From: Macrostomum lignano
Taxonomy: Eukaryota
DNA length: 57,997 nt
NCBI GenBank assembly: GCA_002269645.1
Contig: NIVC01003434.1
Location: 1 to 57,997, forward strand
Direction of reading: 5' to 3'
Under the pieces are notes generated by a model. The model was not told the DNA's origin and made no database searches. It worked only from the letters and a program-made list of their open reading frames with translations. The number at the start of each line of letters is the position of its first letter. Position 1 is the stretch's first letter. A program made the position numbers and the translations under genes. Below, piece after piece: positions 41,300 to 52,362 of the stretch.

Positions 41300-42300
41300 C
41301 ATTTACTGTCAGTAGAGTGAGTTGCTCTTACATTCACTTGCTCTTTCGCGCGTAGCCTCACGACGGTCTCTAAAGGTGAACGCGAAAATGTGGTGATTCT
41401 TACCTGAGTTATTAAATTTCTTTGCTTAGATTTGAAAGTAAAACTCAGGTAAAGTTGCTCGCTTGGCAAGTAAGATTGGCAAGTAAGACGGAATGAGAGG
41501 CTTGATGGGGGAATCCAGATACTTGGCCAGCTCATATTCAGCGGTGTTAATCATAGACGATTGGTCTAAGAGGTTTTCAGGTTTATGAACCTTACAGAAC
41601 CCCGTAAAGCTCATGGATAAAAGCACTTACCAGCACATCCTGCCCAGTGGGAGCCAACTTGGTCAGCTCTACGGGGTCTGTGAGGTTCATAAACCTGAAA
41701 AACCTCTGGTCATCTTTCGTTCTGCTAAGGTTGACAACTTTGTCGGTCGGTTGAAGTCACGTGTTCCCTGTGCTCTTCGTGCTGGTGTCGTTTATCAGTT
41801 CAACTGCTCTGATGACCAGAGCGTCTCCTACGTGGGGAAGACAAAAAGGCACCTGCACACTAGAATCAGGGAGCACTGGCTGAAACCGTCGGCTATCCAA
41901 AACCATCTCTTAGAGTGTAATTGTTGCTCCAACTGCAAACCCGAAGAGCGCTTCAAAGTCGTTGCTCAATGCTCATTTGACTCCAAACTCCAGATACTTG
42001 AAGCGCTGTAGATTAAAGCGCATTCCCCCAACCTCAACACTCAACTCCAACACAGTGGCGCGGGACATGTTCTCCGTGTGTTCTGAGGGAGGGGACACTG
42101 GATGTACATTATATACTTCTAACTATATCGCTATCATTCCGTCCCTGGACTTTGCCTCTCGACTTTTGGACCAACAAACCTGTACTTCAAATATTATTTA
42201 TTTACTGCCGATCACACTCGTTTCTTTCGCTCAAAAATAAACCTGAAGATGCACAGTATCGTGCGAAACGCGTCGTTAAATTAAATTTATTTATTGTTGA
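41300..42300 (+). mobile_element. Rearranged Penelope-like element (RT fragments, GIY-YIG endonuclease, pLTR)
   Basis: Plus strand YQHILPSGSQLGQLYG...VHKPE joined to GVVYQFNC...SYVGKTKRHLHTRIREH...SAIQNHL...LEAL*IK...P.LNTQL. Minus strand 41626-41430 KVHKPE...SMINTAEYELAKYLD..IKPLIP is the next RT segment, inverted. Confidence 0.85.
42234..42280 (+). ncRNA. Minimal type I hammerhead ribozyme in the PLE 3' region
   Basis: CTGAAGA (42243-49), stem II GCAC/GTGC, GAAA (42265-68), palindromic ACGCGT helix III, GTC cleavage triplet ending at 42274, short stem I AAC/GTT. Confidence 0.75.
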
Positions 42301-42872
42301 TTTTTGTCTTCCTATTCATCTTTGCTTAGAAATTGGCGAGTATCGTGACAGCCGGGTGCTCCTTACTCGTACGTATTGAGACATTTCCGCTAGCAGAGCA
42401 ATTTAAGAAAAAAGATATATTTTTTAATAATCTGCCTTGAAAGAAGACGGAGGAAGTCGCTCGCAGATGATTAGTTGGGGGGAGACTGGCTGTATCTGGG
42501 AATAGACCTTGATGAAGTGCAGGCAGCTTAAATTTGGCTAATCTGCGAAAAAATGAGCGCGGAATAGCTGGGGAGAAGGACGCGCGGACTCGAGGCTGCC
42601 TGCGAAAGAGATCGGGGCCATGCAGATCCGTGCGGGTCTACAGCCCGGCCGAGGAGTTTTAAGACGAGACATCCGGACTCGCAACTCAATTTCACTGTCT
42701 TTTTTACTCTGAAGTCAGGCTCCGCACACGCTCACGGATGTGCAGGCTTGTACAGCGTCCCCGACTGTCCAGCGAATATAATTACGAGCTATTTGTACCT
42801 TCAGGGTTGGCATCTACGTCACGCGACAAGCCCCTGGTCGATTTCCGCTCTGCTACTAAAACTGAGAAATGA

Positions 42873-43200
42873 TTTGTGAATTTCTGTTCAGTGAAGACCA
42901 AAGGATGTTCCGCTAAAAGCGGTTGAACTGTGGTTGAACTTTAAATTTCTGTTGATCAATCCTGCTTTGAAGTTGGCCAGTGAGTCAGATCTCTGAATTT
43001 CCACTGTGCTGCAGACAAAGCTAAAGCAAACTGCTTCCGGTGTTCTCTTGTAATAAACGAAGGTTTCAGGGGTGCAGTTTGCCAGTCCAGATTTCAGTTC
43101 AAGTACGCCTTGGCCGCGCTCTCACCCTCAGCTCAAGGCTGCTTCATCAACTTATTCAGCTTCCGCATCGCCCCGCCCTGTCTGTGTGTCAGCGAATGAC
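42873..43200 (+). pseudogene. Possible cystine-knot growth factor (Spaetzle/neurotrophin-like) exon or remnant
   Basis: One frame reads FCSVKTKGCSAKSG*TVVEL*...EVGQ*VRSLNFHCAADKAKANCFRCSLVINEGFRGAVCQSRFQFKYALAALSPSAQGCFINLFSFRIAPPCLCVSE*. Cys spacing and the terminal RI...CxC resemble the family. By-eye match only; in-frame stops present. Confidence 0.3.
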
Positions 43201-43579
43201 TTGATGCGGGCAGAACCGAATTCACATGCAACTGTAGACCCCCGTCTCCGATCCAGCTTCCGAATACAAGACAGCTTCATCAGGCCTTACTCAAGTCTGC
43301 CTTTCTTGTCATTAGTTTTGCTGCTGCTGCAGTTTTCGATTTTCTTGCTTCTCTTTCGACACCATCAGGTGAGGGCTGGGTCATTTTCGGCTGCTGTTTG
43401 TGAAAGGGCTGAAAAATTATAATATAGGGGACATTGTTTACAGTAACTGCATCTGGCCAGCATCCAGTTGAATTCTCGGCTGTTCTGACATGGAGATTTA
43501 TTGATCTGCTCTTATGAAAATATTTTGCTCCTTGTGCGCCAGGAAAGAATAAATGGGGGCGTGGGGGATCAAAATCACC

Positions 43580-43950
43580 TGATTGAGATTGGGATTCGAG
43601 TTTATCGGGGTGGGGATTCGAGTTTATTGGGGTGGGGATTCAAGTTTATTGGGGTGGGGATTCAAGTCTATTGGGGTGGGGATTCGAGTCTATTGGGGTG
43701 GGGATTCAAGTCTATTGGGGTGGGGATTTGAGTTTATCGGGGTGGGGATTCGAGTTTATTGGGGTGGGGATTCAAGTCTATCGGGGTGGGGATTCAAGTC
43801 TATTGGGGTGGGGATTCGAGTTTATTGGGGTGGGAATTCAAGTCTATTGGGGTGGGGATTCGAGTCTATTGGGGTGGGGATTTGAGTTTATTGGGGTGGG
43901 GATTCGAGTTTATCGGGGTGGGGATTCGAGTTTATTGGGGTGGGGATTAA
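43580..43950. repeat. 22-bp G-rich minisatellite (GGGGTGGGGATTCGAGTTTATT)
   Basis: About 17 copies with paired G4 tracts. Confidence 0.95.
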
Positions 43951-44234
43951 AGTGAACAGTATTTTTAGGCTAGAAGGCACGGTAGACGCTGGTACGAGAT
44001 TAGAAAAGAAGTAGAAGACAAAATCGCTGAGTGAAATCGTGCAAAAAAGGGGAATATTTTGCAGGCTAGAAGAGCAGCCTCTCCGCTAGACGAAAGAGCA
44101 GTCACGAAAGCTGAGGCAGAAAAACTCAAATTTCTTTAAAACTGAAAAACAGAAATTCGAATCAAAAAGATTATTCAGCTACACGGGTTTGCGATCTGAA
44201 AAAAAATAGACATCCAGGTTTGACATCCAGGATT

Positions 44235-44520
44235 CCGTTCCTGATCCCGCATCCCGATCCCACATCCCAATCCCACATCCCGATCCCACATCCCAATCCC
44301 ACATCCCAATCCCACATCCCGATCCCGCATCCCGATCCCACATCCCAATCCCACATCCCGATCCCGCATCCCGATCCCACATCCCGATCCCACATCCCGA
44401 TCCCACATCCCGATCCCACATCCCGACCCCGCATCCCGGTCCCGCATCTCAATCCCACATCCCGATCCCACACCCCGATTGGGATCCCGATCTCGATTTC
44501 GCTTTCCGATCCAACGTCCC
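44235..44520. repeat. 6/12-bp C-rich repeat (ATCCCG/ATCCCAC)
   Basis: Imperfect tandem array; resumes at about 45708-45740 after an insertion. Confidence 0.9.
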
Positions 44521-44527
44521 CATCCCC

Positions 44528-45707
44528 GGGGGCATCACAAACGCGAAAAATCACAACTCGGAAAAGCGCTTTCCATCATAAACCCGAAATATCATAAACC
44601 CGAAATATCATAAACCCGAAATATAATAAACCCGAAATATCATAAACCCGAAATATCATAAACCCGAAATATAATAAACCCGAAATATCATAAACCCGAA
44701 ATATCATAAACCCGAAATATCATAAACCCGAAATATAATAAACCCGAAATATCACAAGCCCGAAATATCATAAACCCGAAATATCATAAACCCGAAATAT
44801 CATAAACCCGAAATATAATAAACCCGAAATATCACAAGCCCGAAATATCATAAACCCGAAATATAATAAACCCGAAATATCATAAACCCGAAATATCATA
44901 AACCCGAAATATTATAAACCCGAAATATAATAAACCCGAAATATAATAAACCCGAAATATCACAAACCCGAAATATCATAAACCCGAAATATCATAAACC
45001 CGAAATATTATAAACCCGAAATATCATAAACCCGAAATATCATAAACCCGAAATATCACAAGCCCGAAATATCATAAACCCGAAATATCATAAACCCGAA
45101 ATATCACAAGCCCAAAATATCATAAACCCGAAATATCATAAACCCGAAATATCATAAACCCGAAATATCACAAACCCGAAATATCATAAACCCGAAATAT
45201 CATAAACCCGAAATATCACAAGCCCGAAATATCATAAACCCGAAATATCATAAACCCGAAATATCATAAACCCGAAATATCATAAACCCGAAATATTATA
45301 AACCCGAAATATCATAAACCCGAAATATCATAAACCCGAAATATCATAAACCCGAAATATCATAAACCCGAAATATCATAAACCCGAAATATCATAGACC
45401 CGAAATATCATAAACCCGAAATATCATAAACCCGAAATATTATAAACCCGAAATATAATAAACCCGAAATATCATAAACCCGAAATATCATAAACCCGAA
45501 ATATCATAAACCCGAAATATCATAAACCCGAAATATCATAAACCCGAAATATCATAAACCCGAAATATCACAAGCCCGAAATATCATAACTCCGAAAGTT
45601 CTAGCAATGTCCAACACTATTTTGGTTTTCGAAGTTATGATATTTCGGGTTTGTGATGGGAAGTGCTTTCGGAGTTGTGATTTTTCGGGTTTATGATGGC
45701 GACCCCC
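44528..45707. mobile_element. Inverted-repeat element whose left arm expanded into a 16-bp satellite (TCATAAACCCGAAATA, ~44575-45590)
   Basis: Left arm CATCACAAACGCGAAAAATCACAACTCGGAAAAGCGCTTTCCATCATAAACCCGAAATATCATAA matches the reverse complement of 45625-45707; GGGGG/CCCCC termini. No clear TSD. Confidence 0.75.
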
Positions 45708-46089
45708 GATCCCGCATGCAGCATCCCGATCCCGCATCCCAATGGAAAGTAACCAAAAACGGCTGGCTTTTACTCGAGCAGAATTTCTACTTGTAGTTTC
45801 GAGCCAATCCTGATAATTCTACTTAATGGGCGGCCCAATTGCGACTTTTCGCCATCAGCGCTTAATAATTGATGGCTCCGCCATGCACTACTACCCCGTG
45901 TGCATTAGCCGCAGCACTTTCTTTGCTGTAAAAATGTGGTGCAGATGACCCTGAGGACCATGCAGATGTTTACAATGCAGTCCTAGTCAGAGACGAGCCC
46001 TGCTAAACGCCTGTGAGTGGCAGACGCACTGCCCCTCGCTTCGGCACAGATCTAACCGCTGCTGTCGCCAAGCTCCGCCCCGACTGGAT

Positions 46090-47000
46090 GTGGCGCCCCA
46101 AACATCTTTGGGCGCCTCCCTGTCCCATTTGACGCCTTTCTGTCCCATTTGGCGCCTTTCTGTCCCATTTGGCGCCTCCCTATCCTATTTGGCGCCTATC
46201 TGTCCCATTTGGCGCCTCTCTGTCCCAGTTGGCGCCTCCCTATCCTATTTGGCGCCTCTCTGTCCCATTTGGCGCCTCTCTGTCCCATTTGGCGCCTCCC
46301 TATCCTATTTGGCGCCTATCTGTCCCATTTGGCGCCTCTCTGTCCCAGTTGGCGCCTCTCTGTCCCAGTTGGCGCCTCCCTATCCTATTTGGCGCCTCTC
46401 TGTCCCATTTGGCGCCTCTCTGTCCCATTTGGCGCCTCCCTATCCTATTTGGCGCCTATCTGTCCCATTTGGCGCCTCTCTGTCCCATTTGGCGCCTCCC
46501 TATCCTATTTGGCGCCTATCTGTCCCATTTGGCGCCTCTCTGTCCCAGTTGGCGCCTCCCTATCCTATTTGACGCCTCTCTGTCCCATTTGGCGCCTTTC
46601 TGTCCCATTTAGCGCCTCCCTATCCTATTTGGCGCCTATCTGTCCCATTTGGCGCCTTCCTGTCTCATTTGGCGCCTTTCTATCCCATTTGGTGCCTCCC
46701 TATCCTATTTGGCACCTCCCTATCCTATTTGGCGCCTCTCTGTCCCATTTGGCGCCTCTCTGTCCTATTTGGCCCCTGCCTGTCCCACTTGACGCCTCTC
46801 TGTCCCATTTGGCGCCTCTCTGTCCTATTTGGCGCCTCTCTGTCCCATTTGGCGCCTCTCTGTCCCATTTGGCGCCTCTCTGTCCTATTTGGCGCCTGCC
46901 TGTCCCATTTGGCGCCTCTCTGTCCCATTTGGCGCTTCTCTGTCCCATTTGGCGCCCCCTATCCCATTTGGCGCCTTCCTGCCCCTTTTGGCGCCTCCCT
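46090..47000. repeat. 20-bp minisatellite (TGTCCCATTTGGCGCCTCTC / TATCCTATTTGGCGCCTCCC)
   Basis: About 45 copies with interleaved variants. Confidence 0.95.
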
Positions 47001-48115
47001 GCTCCATCTGACGCCTCCCTGACATCTGAAAGCTTTGCTGCCACCGACACCCTAAGCGCCATACGACAGCTTTCGGCGGCACTTAGCATATTTGGCAGCA
47101 AAGACAGCTTAACACATCGCTCATTAGTATAACAGGATTGATATAATCATTTTTTGCCTCATCATTCCCATCTCAGCAGCCGTTTCGGAGCTTGAAGTTG
47201 ATGTCATAGTTCATAATTTGCAAACTACAATAACGAGAAGCAATTTAACAGCAGTCATGCAGCCTGGACGGAGAGGCTTCAAACTCTGCTTTTATCTGAA
47301 TGGAAGCGTCCGGCTTGGTGTTTCGTCATGAGAGCGAAATAAAAAGCAATAAAATTTGTTTCTATTAATAGTCACGCCGCGTGACATCAGCGCTAAAAAT
47401 GCGTAGGTGGCGCGCCGGGACTGCCTGCCAGTCGAGCTCAAGCTCGGCTTTGCTAAAAAAACAGGACCGCAAAAATTGAGTTCTAACTCTACGCCCACAA
47501 GTGGGTGCGTGAGCATTGAGAAAGCACAGATGAGCGAAGTGCCTCAAGTTTCAAAGTGGCCGACAAGTTCGGCAGTGTGCGGGGGCGGGGGGCGGAGGGG
47601 GGTTAGTGAGGCGCTGGCACGGCTCCACAGGGCGCTGTGTGTCTCACCTGCTGCCAAGCGGAGCCCTCCGTCCCGCCTAATCTCTGTATGCAGCTGCGAG
47701 CCACCTGCCCCGCCCACCCCTGCTTGGCCCACCTGCCCTCTGGTTGGCTGGAGACAAACACACACAGCAATTCGCCCCGATTGAACAGGGCTTGAGGAGA
47801 GAGAGAGAAGATAAGAAGAGGTAATGCGAAAATTTGCTCAGCGATTCCCTGCAATATTCGTCAGAGCCCGGCTGCAAACTCCCTTGCCGTTGCCAGTATA
47901 ATCTGACTTCTGCTCTGCGCTCCGCCGAGCCAACGCCGCCCATTGCAACTCCTGCCAGGACTGCTTCGATTGCATCCCCAGCCTCTCCCGTTACTGTTTG
48001 CTGAGCCGTGCCAAGCAACCAACAAACTTCTTTTCATCTTCTCGATTTCTTGAAGCCATGCGCGCAACTTAACTGGAGCAGCTCCAGTGTGCGTGACCGA
48101 CTGACTGAGCTGGCG

Positions 48116-50544
48116 ATGAGGCCGGAGACGCTGCTGCCGCTGCTTCTGCTGTTGCTGCTGCCACCTGTGGCAGTCGGCTGTCCCTGGCGATTTTGCCACA
48201 GCGTCCAGGTGAAAAATATTCGGTCAAGCTCGGGCGGCGGCGACTACCGAATGCTCACCGCCCACGAGTGCCGGCCCAGCAACAATTTCCCCGAGCGCTG
48301 CCACCTGCACGAGACGGCCTACCAGCCCGACCGGGTGCTCAACTTCACCATGCGCCGCGCCCAACTGTCCGAGGCTCCCCTGTCCGGATTCTGCCAGTTC
48401 GATCAGCTGTCCGGCCTGGACTTGGCCGAGAATTTGATAGCCGAATTCCGCTATCCTGCCGGCCAGCTGTCCGACAGGCCCGGCTGCCTGTCCCGCCTGC
48501 GCTGGCTCAGCCTGCGGGCCAACCGCCTTCGCGAGGCCGACATCTCGCAGTTCCTCCGCCTGCCGGGCCTCGAGCAGCTGGACCTGTCCGACAACCGCCA
48601 GCTGGAGTCGCTCTACCTCAGCGAGGCGCTGCAGTCTCAGTCAGGCCGCAGCAGCGCGGCGCTCAAGACGATCCTGGCCAGCCGCTGCCGCATCAAGCAG
48701 GTGGACATCTCACTGGTGCGCCTGCCCAGCCTGCAGGACATCGACCTGAGTTACAACCGGGTGTCCCGCGTCACTGACCGGCTCCGATGGCGCTGGACGC
48801 CCGACAAGGTGGCCGCGATCGCCGCCGAGCGGAACTGGCGGCGCACCCAGGACCCGAACTACTACGCCCGCCTGTCCGTGCAGCTCGTGCAAAACCGCAT
48901 CGGCCCGGAGGCCTTTGCCGACGGCCGCACCCTCTGGGGCCTCCCGGTGCCCAGCCTGGACTCCGACTCTGACGCGGCCACTGACGCCGTGGTAAACGCG
49001 CTGAAGCTCTACCGGGACGCCTTCCGGTCGTTTTTGTACATCGACAACACCGACTCGACGGTCACCTGCGACTGCCGCCTGCTGTCCGCGTGGTCATTCC
49101 TGCGCCGGGTTCACCGGGATCCGGACGAGTTTTCCAGGCGGAACGCGCTGTCGCTGGCTTACTGGCTCCGCCTGCGCTGCGACCCCGCCAGCCTCCCAGG
49201 TGGTGGCTATGTCAGCAGGAAAAACATCACGAGCTTGGCCGATACGGATCTCCGCTGCGAGCACACCGACGACTGTCCGACCGGCTGCGGCTGCACGAGC
49301 GCGTCATGCCGTCCGAGCTGACACTGAAATGCCGCGGCGCCGGGCTTTCAGCTTTGCCGCGGCGCCTTCCAGCCAGCGTGCACCCGGTGCGCTACAATCT
49401 GCTGCTGGCCGACAACCGGATATCCAGCCTCAAATTCGCCGGCAAGCTCGCCAACGCCAGTCTTGTGCAGCGGATCGACCTGAGCAGAAACCGCATCACT
49501 GCGGCTACGGATTTCGCCCCGCTGGCCGCCTTCACCAGCCTGCACTGGCTGAACCTCAGCGGCAACCCGCTGCTCAGCCTACCGCCCAGCCTGCTCAATC
49601 TGGCGTCCGCCGGCCGCGCCACGCCGCCACGTGTGGACCTTGGCGCTTCCGTCACCGTCCGCTGCAGCTGCTCCCAGCTCGAGCCGGACGCCTGGGAGCG
49701 GCAGCGGCGACTCCTCGGCGACGGGATTCGCGGCCTGCGCTGTTTCGGCGCACAAGGAGAACCCGAGCCTCCTGCCGAGTTCCGCCTCAGGAAGTGCGTG
49801 CAGCGGCCCAACACCACCAACTCGGTGGTGGTCAGGGAACAGCAGATTGTCGACCAGTCGGTGATTCTCTGGGCCGGTATCGGCTCCGTGCTGCTGTTCC
49901 TGCTGGCCCTGGTGGCCGTGGTATTCGCCGTGCTGCGCTACCGGCGCAGTCAGGACACACCAGACAAGGCGCCGCCAACATCGCCGCCGCTGCAGCCACC
50001 GTCGACGCAGCCGATGGCAGCAATGCAGGGGCAGCTGCCGATGCTGTGGGGCTCGGCTGGCGGCTGCGTCTCGCCCGATTATGTACCGCCGGGCGGTTGT
50101 GGCTCTCCGTACGACTCCATGACGGCACTGCCTCGGTACGCTCGCGATCCGGCGTCGGCGTCGGCATCGGCGCTTTTTCTGCTGCGCGGTGGCGTCTGTG
50201 CCGACGCCAATCCGGCTGGTGGCAGCGCCAATTTCCCCGTGGCCGGCCGGCTCGGCCAGGAGGATGACAGTGACGATTTCAGCAGCGAAGATGAGGGCGC
50301 AGGCTGCGGGGCTCCGAGCGGAAGCGACCCGGCCATCGCCGGCGCCCGCTGCCCGCTGCATCGCCCGGACTCCTGGCGCGGTGCCGGCGACCAGCGCCGA
50401 GGTGGCGGCCGCCTGCCAGCGACGCGGCTGCTGGTGGAACGCGAGCTGCTGCTGCCGCCACCGCTGCCACCGCGGACGCAGCCGCTGTTACAAGGTCACG
50501 TTCTCGGTGGTTCCGCGGCTGTCACCTTGACAACCGATGTTTAG
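48116..50544 (+). CDS. Single-exon LRR type I membrane protein with Toll-like ectodomain and no TIR; 1-nt frameshift at about 49294
   Basis: Signal peptide MRPETLLPLLLLLLLPPVAVGC; LRRs (LSGLDLAENLI, LRWLSLRANRL, LEQLDLSDNRQL, LQDIDLSYNRV); LRRCT CDCRL...LRC; LRRNT DCPTGCGC continuing in the other frame as ERVMPSELTLKCRGAGLSALP; further LRRs; CSCSQL cap; TM ILWAGIGSVLLFLLALVAVVFAVL; low-complexity tail. Confidence 0.85.
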
Positions 50545-51464
50545 CCCGGATTTGTGCAGCTAATTAGACTCTGCTCGATGACGCTACGGTACCCTCGATT
50601 GACGCTTTGATGCATCCTTTTCCCCATTGGCTGTAGCTTCATTCCCTCACCTGGAGAATCCCGTCACTATCTTGCATTTGACTATGACGTCACTAGCAAC
50701 CAAGGCTGTGACGTTGTCTTCGCTTCTAGCTAGATTGTTTTGTCATCCTCGTTTTCTAAGCTTCGACGCTACTGGGACGGCCCCTGGATATCGTACGAGT
50801 ACTTTGTATCTTTAGAAGGCTGCAATTTTGCTTGCATTTTGCCTGGCTTTGCAGTCCAGTCAATCTACCATTGTGTAAACTATTATTTTGTTTCTGACTT
50901 TTCTGTTCCCTTTAAAATGGCGCATTAAAATGGAGGCAATAATTTCGTAGGCAATAAACAAATAAATAAATAGCCCTGACACGCTAAATCAAAACGGTGG
51001 CTAAAATGCTTGAACTTATTTTCTAGCCTTGCATTTGCTCTGTTCTCCTAAAAGCTGTTGCTTTACACAAGCCGAGCTCGCTCTCTGAGCGTGACACAGC
51101 TACTGTTTGGAGAACCGTTTGAGCCCAGCGCAGGCTTATGGTATAAGCAGAAGGTCTAGCCGGCAGGACGCGAGGAACCGAAACCCGACACTCCGGCCCG
51201 GCTGGCACAGCTGCACTCTCAGCGCCTTGCTTTCGATACATTGCCTGTCCGCCTCACCTCTGATACCCAGCTAGCAGTTGCATCGCATGGGGAAAGCTGT
51301 ACTGTAAGGTGTTAGAAAAGGGGAATCGAAAAATGGGGGGATTGCGTGACCAGCTAGCCGATGACCGGCCCATCAAGGATGGGAAGATCGGGTTCAGTTT
51401 GAGATCAGCCGGCTCATGCAAGTTTATTGTAACAATCTGCTCACTGCCCTTGCTCACTAGCTCT

Positions 51465-51905
51465 AGCTGACTGCCCTTGTCCCCCAGATCACTGCCCTTG
51501 CCCACAACCTCACTGCCCTTGTCCCCCAGATCACTGCCCTTGCCCACAACCTCACTGCCCTTGTCCCCCAGATCACTGCCCTTGCCCACCACCTCACTGC
51601 CCTTGTCCCCCAGATCACTGCCCTTGCCCACCAGCTCACTGCCCTTGTCCCCCCAGCTCACTGCCCTTGCCCACTAGCTGACTGCCCTTGCCCACCAGCT
51701 CACTGCCCTTGCCCACTAGCTGACTGCCCTTGCCCACCAGCTCACTGCCCTTGCCCACTAGCTGACTGCCCTTGTCCCCCAGATCACTGCCCTTGTCCAC
51801 TAGTTGACTGCCCTTGTCCACCAGCTCACTGCCCTTGTCCACCAGCTAACGGCCCTTGTCCACCAGCTCACTGCTTTTATCTACCAGATCACTGCCCTTG
51901 CCTAC
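51465..51905. repeat. 21-bp minisatellite (CACTGCCCTTGTCCCCCAGAT)
   Basis: About 20 copies with variants. Confidence 0.93.
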
Positions 51906-52362
51906 CAGATCACCGAGCTTGACCACTCGCTCACTCTCCCGTCCAACTGAACTTCATTTTTACAAAAAATTAGACGTGTAGAAAATCACTCACGAACTGA
52001 TTGCACTGCCAAATACTCGTGTTTTATAGCGTTTTAAATTTATTAAAGCAAAAAACGAAAATTGCAAGCAAGAACTGAGAAAAGCGCTCTTCACTCGTAC
52101 AATTTGCATTGAACAGGCAATGTGCCGCAAAGTCTAGAGTTATAAAAAGTCACTTCAAACTGTGCAGAAATACTTTTCGCATTCTATCATAAAACGTAGC
52201 ATAATTTTGCATAAAAAATAAAAAGACAAAACAATTCGAGATTCCAGTTGTCTGCATTGCTTTGCAAAGCGCCAAATTGCAGACTAAATATTCGAAGGAA
52301 GACAGGTCTCTACTCGCTTACTTACAGTAGAAAAACGAGGGAATTTTGTAAACTCAACTAAT

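Noticed and set aside
44575-45590. Interstitial telomere (TAAACCC resembles plant TTTAGGG)
   Set aside because: The unit is 16 bp and traces to the subterminal repeat of the enclosing inverted-repeat element.
51023-51330. Candidate last exons of mylip, which would extend the gene toward the LRR locus
   Set aside because: The true RING exon and stop lie at 52560-52363; these frames have no domain content.
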